From: Akkermansiaceae bacterium
Lineage (GTDB): Bacteria; Verrucomicrobiota; Verrucomicrobiia; Verrucomicrobiales; Akkermansiaceae
Direction: 5' to 3'
Assembly: GCA_029866215.1 (NCBI GenBank)
Contig: JARWZU010000061.1
Span: forward strand, 44,337 to 108,336
Length of the DNA stretch: 64,000 nt
Of this stretch, positions 10,852 to 20,655 are shown piece after piece; positions within the stretch are counted from its first letter, which is position 1; every line of letters begins with the position of its first letter. The notes beneath the pieces are model-generated. The model did not search any database. It had not been told where the DNA came from and saw nothing but the letters and a program-made list of their open reading frames with translations. A program made the position numbers and the translations under genes.

Positions 10852-13068
10852 ATGGAACCCAGCTATCGCATCCGAATCTACCTCCTAACAGCACTCGTGC
10901 TGATAGGATTCGGAGCGTTGTTGACGCGTCTCTACGATTATCAAATCGAGCGCCGTGAGGAGTTTCTCCAACAAGTTCCGGGAAACCACACGGTGACGAT
11001 TCGAGAACCCGGCATCCGCGGCGAAATTACCGACCGCAATGGTATCGTCCTAGCCCGCAATAAACTCAACTACGAAGTCTCTCTCAACCTTGAGGAAATC
11101 CGCCAAGCATACATCTCACAACATCTCGAAAACCCGACATTGAAACGGGTCGCCCAAAAAAATGGCCTGCCCCGCCAACGCTCAGAAAAAGACATCGTCG
11201 CGATCGTCAACGAAGGCGTCATCGCAAGACTCCGCAAACTCGACCTCGCCAAAAACTACAAGGCCGGCGACCTCCGCGCACATTTCCTCACCCACGGTGG
11301 CCTCATTCCATTCAGCTACCGCCCCGACTTAAACTACTCGGACTTTTCGAAATTTGCAGAACATAACCTAGAACTTCCCGGAGTCTATCTAAGCGTCCGC
11401 CCACAACGGGAATACCCGTACGGTGCTCTTGCAAGCCATGTTTTAGGCTACCTCAAACAGTGGGAGAAGGGCGACGTTCCAGAAAGTGCAACTCACAAAT
11501 TCGACCACTACGTCGGGGAAGAAAAAGGCATCGCCGGAGTCGAAGCGACCATGGATGAAATCCTCCGTGGCCCGGAAGGCCGTAAAAGTATCGTACGAGA
11601 CGAAAAAGGCCGCACGATCCGTCCATCGGACTACACCAAGCCGGGAATCGGCGCGAAACTGCAACTCACCATCGATGCCTACGCGCAATACCTTCTAGAA
11701 AACACCCTACGCCTCGCAGGACGCGCCGCAGGCGTCATCATGGATGTCAACACCGGCGAAGTCCTCGCCATGGCATCAGTACCAGATTATGACCCCAATG
11801 ACTTCATTCCAAGCATCTCGCAAAAAAGTTGGGATGTGTACCGCTCGAACCAACAACTCGCCCCTTTCACGAACCGTGCGATTTCAGAGTTTACGCCCGG
11901 ATCAACCATGAAAATCCCCACCGCGATCGCTGGCGCACTCGCTGGAATGGGCTCCCGCATATATTCGTGTGATGGCTTCGTCACCTACGGAAATAAAAAC
12001 GTCGGATGCTGGATCTGGAACCTCCACAAAGGCCACCACGGCAACCAAAATCTTTCCCAAGCCATCCAACATTCCTGCAACCCCTACTTCAACAAATTAG
12101 CCAACACGATCGGTTGGAAAGCCTTGGTTCACGGATGTGAGTTGGTCCATATCGGTAAGAAAACTGGCATCGAGCTCCCAAAAGAGGATGCGGGGACCTT
12201 GCCCGGAAGCAGCGCTTGGCGCAGCGCAAACCCCACCCTCGTAATGAGCCCAGTACTCAATGCATTTCTTTCGATCGGACAAGGCGATACACTCGCCACC
12301 CCCTTGCAAATCTGCGCAGTCACTGCTTGCCTCGCAAATGGCGGAAAATACTATAAACCTCGTATCGTCAAAAAGGCGACATCACAAGATGGCAAAACCC
12401 TGATCGCCGACACGCCCAAAATCGAGGTCGACCTCACGAAAGCCGGCATCAAACCCGGCGACATCGAACTGATCCGGCATGGAATGTGGATGTCGACCAA
12501 CGAAGAAGGCGGCACCTCAGGCAAGGTCAAAAGCGCTCGCATCTTAGCTGCATCGAAAAGCGGAACCGCACAAACAACTGACAACGGAAAAAAATCAAAC
12601 AACTCGTGGGTCATGAGTTTTTCTCCATACGAAAACCCCAAATACGCTGTTTGCGTCCTCGTGCAAAATGGCGGATCCGGCGGTGGCGTATGCGGACCCT
12701 TGGTGAATCTAATTTATCGCGGTCTTTTCGCACGGGATCAAAATGGCATCACACTCCCCCTCAAGCCGTTGCCCACAGCCTTGGGCAACACCGACCGCAT
12801 CGAAAAAACCATCGACGTCCCCTCCGAGCTGATCGCATCCGTGGAGACGGGCGATGCAGAGGTCATTCCCGACATGCAAAGCATTAACCCACCTCCCGGA
12901 ATCACCACGGAAGAAATCACCGGCGAAACTGGCGACGAGGCCGGCGATGTCACCCCCTCCGGAAAAACCACCCTTTCTCCCAACATCACTCCCACCCCAA
13001 CCATCACCCCCGAGGTGGACGAAGAGGGAATTGTCATACCCAAGGCCATTCCTGTCATTGAACCCTAA
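10852..13068 (+). CDS. mrdA: Penicillin-binding protein 2 (class B transpeptidase) with acidic Pro/Thr-rich C-tail
   Basis: RGEITDRNG, PGSTMK (SxxK), HSCNPYF (SxN), KSGTAQ (KS/TG); follows mreBCD. Confidence 0.92.
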   Translation: MEPSYRIRIYLLTALVLIGFGALLTRLYDYQIERREEFLQQVPGNHTVTIREPGIRGEITDRNGIVLARNKLNYEVSLNLEEIRQAYISQHLENPTLKRVAQKNGLPRQRSEKDIVAIVNEGVIARLRKLDLAKNYKAGDLRAHFLTHGGLIPFSYRPDLNYSDFSKFAEHNLELPGVYLSVRPQREYPYGALASHVLGYLKQWEKGDVPESATHKFDHYVGEEKGIAGVEATMDEILRGPEGRKSIVRDEKGRTIRPSDYTKPGIGAKLQLTIDAYAQYLLENTLRLAGRAAGVIMDVNTGEVLAMASVPDYDPNDFIPSISQKSWDVYRSNQQLAPFTNRAISEFTPGSTMKIPTAIAGALAGMGSRIYSCDGFVTYGNKNVGCWIWNLHKGHHGNQNLSQAIQHSCNPYFNKLANTIGWKALVHGCELVHIGKKTGIELPKEDAGTLPGSSAWRSANPTLVMSPVLNAFLSIGQGDTLATPLQICAVTACLANGGKYYKPRIVKKATSQDGKTLIADTPKIEVDLTKAGIKPGDIELIRHGMWMSTNEEGGTSGKVKSARILAASKSGTAQTTDNGKKSNNSWVMSFSPYENPKYAVCVLVQNGGSGGGVCGPLVNLIYRGLFARDQNGITLPLKPLPTALGNTDRIEKTIDVPSELIASVETGDAEVIPDMQSINPPPGITTEEITGETGDEAGDVTPSGKTTLSPNITPTPTITPEVDEEGIVIPKAIPVIEP

Positions 13069-13119
13069 TATCACCTAACAACTCTCTATCAATTAAACCA
13101 CTTCATTCATCCAAACATT

Positions 13120-14706
13120 ATGATCCAACACATCAAAAGACTTCTCGGAATCGGTAAACCAAACCCTTCACGAGGTAACAGCATCGTCGTCAACGTCGAA
13201 AAACTCGAACGCCGCGTGGCACTTCTCGAGGACGGAGTTCTCGAAGAATACACCGTAGAGCGAGAAGGCGACCAAAACATTGTCGGTGGCATCTTCAAAG
13301 GCCGCGTGAAAAACATCGAAGGTGGCCTCAAAGCAATGTTCGTCGACATCGGACTAGACAAGAACGCCTTCCTTCACTTCTGGGATGCGATCCCAGCCGC
13401 TCTCGACGGAGGCTTGGAAGAAATCCAACGCGAAGGAAAAAAGAAGCAGCAAAAGAAAATCACATCCAAGGACATCCCAGATATCTATCCAATTGGCTCA
13501 GAAATTGTTATTCAAGTTTCCAAAGGCCCTATCGGAACGAAGGGACCACGCGTGACCACCAATATCTCATTGGCCGGACGCTACTTGGTTCTCATGCCAT
13601 TCACCGAACAATTCGGAATCTCTCGGAAAATTGAGGACCCCAAGGAACGCGCACGACTCCGGAAAATCGTTCAAAAACTCGCGGTCCCCGAAGGCATGGG
13701 CATCATCATGCGCACCGTGGCACAAGGAACACGGGCACGCCACTTCGTCCGAGACCTACACATGCTGCTAGAACAATGGGACGAGATCGAAGCGCGCCGC
13801 GCGAACAACCCCGCGCCCGCTTGCATTTTCCAAGAACCAGGTCTTATCGAACGCACCGCACGTGACTTCCTAACAGAAGAAATCGACCAGATCATCTGTG
13901 ACGATGCCGATACCACCGAAATGATCCGCCAAATCGCAGGGAAAATTTCTCGCCGCGCGAAACGCAGGATTCATTACATGCCATCCGCAACCCAGCCAAT
14001 CTTCGAACGCATTGGCATCCAAAAACAAGTCGACGAAGCATTCTCCCGCCAAGTCTGGCTCCCTTGCGGTGGCTACATCGTGATCGATGAAACCGAGGCT
14101 CTCATCGCCATCGACGTCAACACCGGCCGAAACCGTGGATCAAAAGACGTAGACAAAATGATCCTCGAAACCAACGTCGAGGCAGCAGTAGAGGTCGCAC
14201 GCCAACTCCGCCTCCGCAACATCGGTGGACTTGTCGTGATCGACCTCATCGACATGCGCCATCGGAAGGACCAACAGACGGTATACAAAGCGATCAAAGA
14301 ACGTCTCAAAAAGGACAAGGCCAAAACTCAAGTGCTTCAAATCTCACCCGTCGGCCTCATGGAAATGACGCGCCAGCGCCTCAACGAGTCTTTGCGCGAT
14401 TCGATGTACGAACCTTGCCCCTATTGCCAGGGCCGCGCTCGCGTCAAAACTCCGATGACCATGTCCATCGAGATTCAGCGCCGACTTAATACGGTCATCC
14501 AGAAGCACCATGAGGACCTCGGTGATATCATCGTCATCGTGAATAGCGATGTCCTCAACCGCTTCAAAAGTGAAGACGCGAAGTTACTGATGGAACTCGA
14601 GCGATCTCACTCAGGCCGACTCATCTTCCGTTCCGATCCAACGATGAACCGCGAACGATTCGTGATCATTGATGCCGCAACGGAAAAAACGATCGAACAG
14701 AGTTAA
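13120..14706 (+). CDS. rng: Ribonuclease E/G family (RNase G-sized)
   Basis: GGIFKGRVKNI S1 domain, AMFVDIG, IAIDVNTG, RLRNIGGLVVIDLIDM, CPYC Zn-link. Confidence 0.93.
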   Translation: MIQHIKRLLGIGKPNPSRGNSIVVNVEKLERRVALLEDGVLEEYTVEREGDQNIVGGIFKGRVKNIEGGLKAMFVDIGLDKNAFLHFWDAIPAALDGGLEEIQREGKKKQQKKITSKDIPDIYPIGSEIVIQVSKGPIGTKGPRVTTNISLAGRYLVLMPFTEQFGISRKIEDPKERARLRKIVQKLAVPEGMGIIMRTVAQGTRARHFVRDLHMLLEQWDEIEARRANNPAPACIFQEPGLIERTARDFLTEEIDQIICDDADTTEMIRQIAGKISRRAKRRIHYMPSATQPIFERIGIQKQVDEAFSRQVWLPCGGYIVIDETEALIAIDVNTGRNRGSKDVDKMILETNVEAAVEVARQLRLRNIGGLVVIDLIDMRHRKDQQTVYKAIKERLKKDKAKTQVLQISPVGLMEMTRQRLNESLRDSMYEPCPYCQGRARVKTPMTMSIEIQRRLNTVIQKHHEDLGDIIVIVNSDVLNRFKSEDAKLLMELERSHSGRLIFRSDPTMNRERFVIIDAATEKTIEQS

Positions 14707-14733
14707 TCGCCTTGGGCATTGTCACAAAGCTCC

Positions 14734-14767
14734 TACCCGCCCAGGCGCCAAACTCTTTGGGCGGGTA
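14734..14767. other. 10-bp perfect stem-loop between convergent genes; possible terminator or REP-like element
   Basis: tacccgccca-N14-tgggcgggta; no clear U-tract on either strand. Confidence 0.5.
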
Positions 14768-14935
14768 AACTCGTGTAATCCAAGGGTTATGAGGCGCTGA
14801 AATGGCCCTCATGGTCAGGAAACCTGTTGCGTCCAGCGTTCATCAGCCTCGATGAGCTTGCACAAATACAAGCGATCCTACCTCCAAGTCGTTCCACTCA
14901 ACGTTTCCTGCTCGCCTCCCGTTTTACCGATCTCG

Positions 14936-15247
14936 TCACTTCCTAGAATCGCGTACAAACCCAATCAGTCCTTCGACCGTACAGTGCGACTCAACGGAAT
15001 GCCGGAGCGGCAAATCTCCGTGAATTTGGTAAGTGTTTCTCCTTCCTTGACGCTTCCGCACAAGAATCCCCCCCGCCTCTAGCTCCGAAATAATCTTTTG
15101 GACTGCCCGTTCGGTGACACCTACCGCCAAGGCGATGTCACGTAGCCTCATTTCGGCATCCTCAGCAAGGCAGAGAAGCACGTGCGCATGGTTCGTAAAA
15201 AAGGTCCACCCTGCCGCCTCATGGACATCCACTTTGCTGTTACTCAT
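14936..15247 (-). CDS. Small winged-helix (MarR/ArsR-like) transcriptional regulator
   Basis: WTFFTNHAHVL...RLRDIALAVGVTERAVQKIISELE...GRRNTY...PLRH; HTH plus wing; divergent from sbtA. Confidence 0.85.
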   Translation of the reverse strand: MSNSKVDVHEAAGWTFFTNHAHVLLCLAEDAEMRLRDIALAVGVTERAVQKIISELEAGGILVRKRQGRRNTYQIHGDLPLRHSVESHCTVEGLIGFVRDSRK

Positions 15248-15278
15248 TTTTTGGGTTGACGGGCTAATTAAGAACCTG

Positions 15279-15304
15279 AATACACGAATCGCAATTCGTG
15301 TATT
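15279..15304. promoter_or_regulatory. Perfect inverted repeat, candidate operator of the wHTH regulator
   Basis: aatacacgaat-cgca-attcgtgtatt; TTGACG at 15256-15261 lies 17 bp upstream; degenerate copy (14/17) at 15321-15337. Confidence 0.75.
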
Positions 15305-15370
15305 TCAAGTCCACATAGTTAATACCGGACTCGCAATACTGGCAAGCACCACCTGCATCTCATCACGCCA

Positions 15371-16354
15371 ATGGAAACACTGCAATCCCTGTCCAATACC
15401 CTGCTGTCCCCGATGGTCCTCGCCTTCGCACTGGGTCTTTTCGCTACCCTCATAAAAAGTGACCTGAAGTTTCCAGATCAACTAGGTTCTGCACTCACGA
15501 TCTACTTGCTTTTTGCCATCGGCCTCAAGGGCGGCATGAAGCTCCATGGCATGAGCATTTCCGTCGTAGGGGTCCCTTTGCTCTGCGCAATCATGCTCAG
15601 TTGCATCATCCCAATTTGGTGTTTCTACATACTGAAAGCCTTTGTACGTCTCAACGCAACCAATGCCGGAGCAATCGCCGCACACTATGGCTCTGTGTCA
15701 GCAGTCACCTTCAGTGCCGTACTCGCATTTTTAGAAAATGGTAAAGTCGAGTTCGAGGGTTATGCCCCAGCCCTCCTCGCAGTCATGGAGGCCCCATCGA
15801 TAATCGTGGCGGTGTACCTCGCCATGCGCACCATCAACACCGCCGAAAATACATCACGAGGAAATTTCAAGCGCCTGTTACACGATTTAATCACCGGTAA
15901 AGGTATCGTCCTGCTCCTTGGAGGACTCGCCATCGGATTATTGTGCGGCCATGAAGGGTTCAGCCAAGTTGCTCCCCTATTTGATTCCCCTTTCAAAGGT
16001 GTCCTAACCTTATTTCTGCTTGAAGTCGGCCTCGTCACCGGCAGACGCGTTAGAGATTTAAGAGCAGCTGGGTTCCGACTCGTTGCCTTCGCATTGATCA
16101 TGCCACTGCTGCATGGGCTCTTAGGTGCCCTCATTGGCAAATGGTGTGGTCTCAGCCTAGGTGGTGCCACAATCCTCGCGACCCTAGCAGCAAGCGCATC
16201 CTACATCGCCGCGCCTGCTGCCGTAAGAATCGCGCTGCCTCAAGCAAGCCCAGCCCTCTACCTGACCTCTTCACTTGCGATCACATTTCCATTCAATATC
16301 GTATTCGGAATTCCAATCTATCATACCTTCGCGAGATACCTTTTCGACCTTTGA
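15371..16354 (+). CDS. sbtA: Sodium-dependent bicarbonate transporter family permease (SbtA/DUF897)
   Basis: YLLFAIGLKGG, AAHYGSVSAVTF, SASYIAAPAA, SLAITFPFNI motifs; about 10 TM. Confidence 0.88.
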   Translation: METLQSLSNTLLSPMVLAFALGLFATLIKSDLKFPDQLGSALTIYLLFAIGLKGGMKLHGMSISVVGVPLLCAIMLSCIIPIWCFYILKAFVRLNATNAGAIAAHYGSVSAVTFSAVLAFLENGKVEFEGYAPALLAVMEAPSIIVAVYLAMRTINTAENTSRGNFKRLLHDLITGKGIVLLLGGLAIGLLCGHEGFSQVAPLFDSPFKGVLTLFLLEVGLVTGRRVRDLRAAGFRLVAFALIMPLLHGLLGALIGKWCGLSLGGATILATLAASASYIAAPAAVRIALPQASPALYLTSSLAITFPFNIVFGIPIYHTFARYLFDL

Positions 16355-16437
16355 CACAACGCACGTTCAATTCGATGGCCGCATGAATCCGCTGGTTTAT
16401 TTTTTCAAAAATTTAAACATTCTTTAATTTAAAAAAT

Positions 16438-17046
16438 TTAATTATTTGGATAAATTCTAGTTACCTTTGATCCCTGCAGGCTAATTCCTCCCATGAGTCC
16501 TCGTTGATTGAAAAAATAGGCATAAATTCCCTTGTGCGCGGTCGTAGTACTCAGCGTCGTGGCAATCCCTTGATCAACCACAACAATGCTCGGGCTGCTG
16601 CCTAACTCCCATCCATCTGCGTGATCGAGTGCATTGATCGCGGATTGATCCATGAGAAAAAGGGCATACCCATATTTCTGAACCCAAGCTTGGAATCCAT
16701 AAGACACCCCAGTGGTTTCGTAGTAGTTCTTAATGGTCCCATCCTTCCGAATTAGCACCCCGGTGCCCTCCATGCCCCCGATCATAAAGCCACCTTTAAC
16801 AATGGTAGGAAAGACCAGAACCCCCTTCGCCTTGGCACCCAGACTGCGCGCTTTGGGGTTCATTTCATAAAGATCGTTCAACGCCATCCGCGAATCAGCC
16901 GCAATCTGATTCTTGCTCGAGCTTGGCGTATTGATACGTGTGCCACGATCTGCACTTGCACAGCTACTTGTCATCAGCGGCGTAACCATGGTGAATGATG
17001 CGAGGCCGATTGCATTGATGGTCTTTTTGATTTGGAGCATTTTCAT
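16438..17046 (-). CDS. SYLF/Ysc84-like lipid-binding domain lipoprotein
   Basis: Lipobox-like TSSC, AKGVLVFPTIVKGGFMIGG, GVSYGFQA, GLMGGISLQGSK. Confidence 0.75.
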   Translation of the reverse strand: MKMLQIKKTINAIGLASFTMVTPLMTSSCASADRGTRINTPSSSKNQIAADSRMALNDLYEMNPKARSLGAKAKGVLVFPTIVKGGFMIGGMEGTGVLIRKDGTIKNYYETTGVSYGFQAWVQKYGYALFLMDQSAINALDHADGWELGSSPSIVVVDQGIATTLSTTTAHKGIYAYFFNQRGLMGGISLQGSKVTRIYPNN

Positions 17047-17201
17047 TTGAGGTATTGGATGGGTGTTCGTTGGAATTGGTTGAAGTTTACGGTCTTTTAT
17101 GCCGCTATCACAAAGATTTAGATATTAATCTCTTGAGGCGATAACATCAAAGTGAGTGACGCGGTTGTTCTAATTTAGAGTATATTCTTCCATCAATCAA
17201 A

Positions 17202-18212
17202 TTGATGTGCTATCCACATAGCGAAATCATGAGTTCCCCTCCTCAATCTTCGATTGGGATATTTTCGCGTGGTTTACGCATTGATGAACGATCGAATGAT
17301 CCATATCAAGTGAGCAAGCACGCTCCCTATTGGGAAATTGTGCAGGATCTCCTGAGGCCCGGTCCATTCTGCGGTCGAGTGAAGGTAGTTCATACGGAAT
17401 CGATACAACTGATCTTATTCGAGCGATCTAACAGCACTCGAGTCTCCGCATCTGGTCCAAAGAACTGCTTCCTTGTCTCTTTTTCCATAGATTCCAATGA
17501 TCAAACTTTCTATCAGGGTTCTCAAATGAGGATTGGACAAATCGCAATCACCGACCCCGCTGAGTGTATCGAATCATTACACCTAGGGAGTTCGCAGATT
17601 ATAACCATCGCGATACATGAAACCCTTGCCCAGTCCATTGCGCACGCACACGGATACGATTCTTTCCGCAGTTTCGTTCCTCGAGAGCATCTTTTGATTC
17701 AATCAGTCAACCATCTGAACCTAATGAAACAAGCAATCACAGAGCACCTTGCCGATCACCTTGAACGTCGCACACCTGAAAGTTCCAATGCCGTAACGGC
17801 CTCTCTAGCATGCGACATTATCGAATCTATTTTTTCTGCATCCGTCCATGGACCAGTCGCAGGCTGCTCTCGCAAACACGCTCGTGTTGCCGAGGAGTAT
17901 TTAATGCATCACCCACATGAGCCACTTGATTTGATTCGGATTTGTGAGCAGGTGGGTATTTCCGCCCGGTGCCTTCAAATCAGCTTCTTGAGATCCTTCG
18001 GTATTTCTATGAAAGCCTACACGCATGCGTTGCGCTTCAATGGAGTACGCCGCGATCTCATTGCTGCCTGCCCTGCGGAACAGAGTGTCAAAGCCATCGC
18101 CCGACACTGGGGATTTTGTCACATGGGCAGATTTTCCATCAACTATCGGCGTTGGTTCGGCGAATGTCCGATCCAGACGCTTAGACGCCCCCACGGGGTG
18201 GAAATCGTGTAA
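17202..18212 (+). CDS. AraC-family (EutR-like) transcriptional regulator
   Basis: C-terminal double HTH: ICEQVGISARCLQISF...LRFNGVRRDL...IARHWGFCHMGRFSINYRRWFGECP; start may be ATG 17205 or 17229. Confidence 0.88.
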   Translation: MMCYPHSEIMSSPPQSSIGIFSRGLRIDERSNDPYQVSKHAPYWEIVQDLLRPGPFCGRVKVVHTESIQLILFERSNSTRVSASGPKNCFLVSFSIDSNDQTFYQGSQMRIGQIAITDPAECIESLHLGSSQIITIAIHETLAQSIAHAHGYDSFRSFVPREHLLIQSVNHLNLMKQAITEHLADHLERRTPESSNAVTASLACDIIESIFSASVHGPVAGCSRKHARVAEEYLMHHPHEPLDLIRICEQVGISARCLQISFLRSFGISMKAYTHALRFNGVRRDLIAACPAEQSVKAIARHWGFCHMGRFSINYRRWFGECPIQTLRRPHGVEIV

Positions 18213-18310
18213 AATCTGAGACTAAATCGGTTTCTCGGCTTGCTTTGAAATTGCTCGGCATGTTTCCTCCGTTGGGACTTAGGATCCCTGCAATTCCAAA
18301 CTTTTTCACC

Positions 18311-19714
18311 ATGTCACGTAAGACCAAAATCATCATCACTCTAGGGCCCGCAACCGAATCCGAGGAAATGATCGGAAGACTGATCGACGCGGGGACAAAT
18401 GTCTTCCGGTTGAACATGAGTCACGCTAAGCACGAGTGGGCTGCCGAAATGACCAAACGGGTTCGCCGCCAGTCTGATGCGCGTGGTGCGCACATTGCTG
18501 TCTTATTTGATCTAACCGGCCCCTCCATTCGGACGGGCGACTTGGAAAAACCCTACAATTTAGTCGAAGGAGATGTCGTTGAATTTCGCAAGGAAGGATC
18601 TGACCCCACCGTTCCACTTTCAACCACCGTAAACTATGACGGACTCATGGGCGACGTCACCGCTGGAAATACCCTAGTGGTCGATAATGGGGCCATGCTC
18701 ATGCGCATCGACGTAGTAGAGTCCGACCGCATTCTTTGCTGCGTAAGGACTCCCGGCAGCATGGGCTCACGCCGTCATATCAATCTTCCAGGGGTCCGCC
18801 TCAACCTCCCTGCTCTAACCGACAAGGATCACAAAGACCTTTCACTCGCAGTTGAATGCCGAGCGGACTACATCGCGGGCTCGTTTGTCCGTGACTCCGC
18901 GCACGTCCGCGAGCTCCGCGAAGCCATGCAGCAGCTTGAGGGTGAGGCACAAATCGTTGCCAAGGTCGAAGATCAGGAAGCAATCCGCAACATAGACGCC
19001 ATCATCCATGAGGCCGATGTGATCATGGTTGCTCGTGGCGACCTAGGAACTGAGGTTGAATTTGAGGAACTTCCGATCCTGCAGCGCCGCATTGTCAAGC
19101 GCTGCCATGAATTGGGAACTCGCGTGATTGTCGCCACTCAGTTATTAGAGTCGATGATCACCAACCCCACCCCCACCCGTGCTGAGGTGACGGACGTGAT
19201 GAATGCCGCTTATGAGGAGGCCGACTGCTTGATGCTTTCTGGCGAAACATCGGTAGGCCGTTACCCCGAGCGTTGCGTCGATGCGCTGGTCCGTATTGCA
19301 TCGCGCATCGAGCGCTCTGGTGGCCACGGCTTCGGTCAAAATGCCTTGCTTCGTGACGAGCGCCAGAAGACGGCTAGAGCTGCAGTCACCCTAGCAGATT
19401 CACTGCCAGATGCGCGGCTAGTCGTGCTGACTCGTCGTGGTGTCCTTGCAAACCATGTGGCTATGCTCCGGCCAAGGACCTCGGGATTTTACGCATTTAC
19501 CCCTACCGAAAAAGTTTGCTGCAAGCTTTCACTCACTCGGAGCGTGCGCGCATTCAAGTTACCATTCGCAACGAACATTGAGGAGACCATCCAACGTGTG
19601 AGCGAATTACTGATGAAGGAAAACCTCGTCCGCCAAGGCACCCCATTGGTGATCGTCTCCGACATCCTATCCGACCACTTCGCAGCCAATTCGATTTTGC
19701 TTCACCACGCGTGA
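18311..19714 (+). CDS. pyk: Pyruvate kinase
   Basis: RKTKIIITLGP, FRLNMSH, MVARGDLG, ATQLLESM, MLSGET; start moved to ATG 18311. Confidence 0.96.
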   Translation: MSRKTKIIITLGPATESEEMIGRLIDAGTNVFRLNMSHAKHEWAAEMTKRVRRQSDARGAHIAVLFDLTGPSIRTGDLEKPYNLVEGDVVEFRKEGSDPTVPLSTTVNYDGLMGDVTAGNTLVVDNGAMLMRIDVVESDRILCCVRTPGSMGSRRHINLPGVRLNLPALTDKDHKDLSLAVECRADYIAGSFVRDSAHVRELREAMQQLEGEAQIVAKVEDQEAIRNIDAIIHEADVIMVARGDLGTEVEFEELPILQRRIVKRCHELGTRVIVATQLLESMITNPTPTRAEVTDVMNAAYEEADCLMLSGETSVGRYPERCVDALVRIASRIERSGGHGFGQNALLRDERQKTARAAVTLADSLPDARLVVLTRRGVLANHVAMLRPRTSGFYAFTPTEKVCCKLSLTRSVRAFKLPFATNIEETIQRVSELLMKENLVRQGTPLVIVSDILSDHFAANSILLHHA

Positions 19715-19771
19715 TGGAGGGCGGCTAGATTCGCTCGCGCGCTCGGGCGAAACCAAAATGCAAGTGAGATG

Positions 19772-20635
19772 TTATCCCCCAATGGGGTGCCATGTTGTCT
19801 TGAGCTCAAGGTGATCTCTAATCTCGTATAGCCCTTGCGCACTTTCAGAATACCAATCCATCGGATCTTCCACCGCAATCAATTTGAGACGCTTGACACT
19901 ATCGGCCGCACCATTCTGGAGTGCTTGGCGCTCAACAAGGTCGGCAACCGCCGTGACTCCGCGCAAATGTGCATGACTCGCGAACGTCGGGATCAATTCA
20001 TCACGCTGCCCCGTGAGTAGATTCACCACACCGCCTGGCAAGTCGCTGGTCGCCAGCATTTCGCCTAACAGAATTGCTGGGTACGGTTGTTTGTTCGAAG
20101 CAAGAGTGACCACCGAATTTCCGCCCGTGATGGCAGGCAACACCAACGAAACTAGTCCTAACAGCGGCACGTCATCAGGCGCAATGATGCCAATGATTCC
20201 CATCGGTTCCGTGACGGTGAAATTGAAGTGGGACGATGCGACAGGGTTCACGCTGCCGAGTAGCGCCGGAAATTTGTCGGTCCATCCGGCATAGTGGACG
20301 ATGCGGTCGATACTCGCAACCACCTCACGGTTGGCTTTGGCACGCGATCCTCCGCCGATCAGAATCGCCTCGGTCATTTCAGGAGTCCTAGCCTCTAACA
20401 TCTCGGCAAGCCGATAAAGAATCTGACCGCGGTTATAGGCACTTCTACCCGCCCAGTTTGGCCCAGCCTTCGCGGCAGCTTCCACCGCGTTCCGCAGATC
20501 CTTGCGGGTGCAAAGCGGGATATTCGCAAAAAATGTACCCTTCGCATCGCAAAGCGGAGCCACTCGCCCGCCCTCAGAGCGGATAAAGCTGCCGCCCACG
20601 TAGCACTTGGGAGTTTTGGTGATATGAAGTCGCAT
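19772..20635 (-). CDS. Short aldehyde dehydrogenase-family protein (NAD-binding domain only)
   Basis: 287 aa; RGQILYRLAEML, EPMGIIG, PGGVVNLLTG present; ELGGK and catalytic GQxC segment absent. Confidence 0.8.
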   Translation of the reverse strand: MRLHITKTPKCYVGGSFIRSEGGRVAPLCDAKGTFFANIPLCTRKDLRNAVEAAAKAGPNWAGRSAYNRGQILYRLAEMLEARTPEMTEAILIGGGSRAKANREVVASIDRIVHYAGWTDKFPALLGSVNPVASSHFNFTVTEPMGIIGIIAPDDVPLLGLVSLVLPAITGGNSVVTLASNKQPYPAILLGEMLATSDLPGGVVNLLTGQRDELIPTFASHAHLRGVTAVADLVERQALQNGAADSVKRLKLIAVEDPMDWYSESAQGLYEIRDHLELKTTWHPIGG

Positions 20636-20655
20636 GATGAGCGTCGTGTTCTTTG

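Noticed and set aside
14805-14875. IS transposase C-terminal remnant (LYLCKLIEADERWTQQVS on the minus strand)
   Set aside because: Too short to assign, and no terminal inverted repeats or target duplication identified
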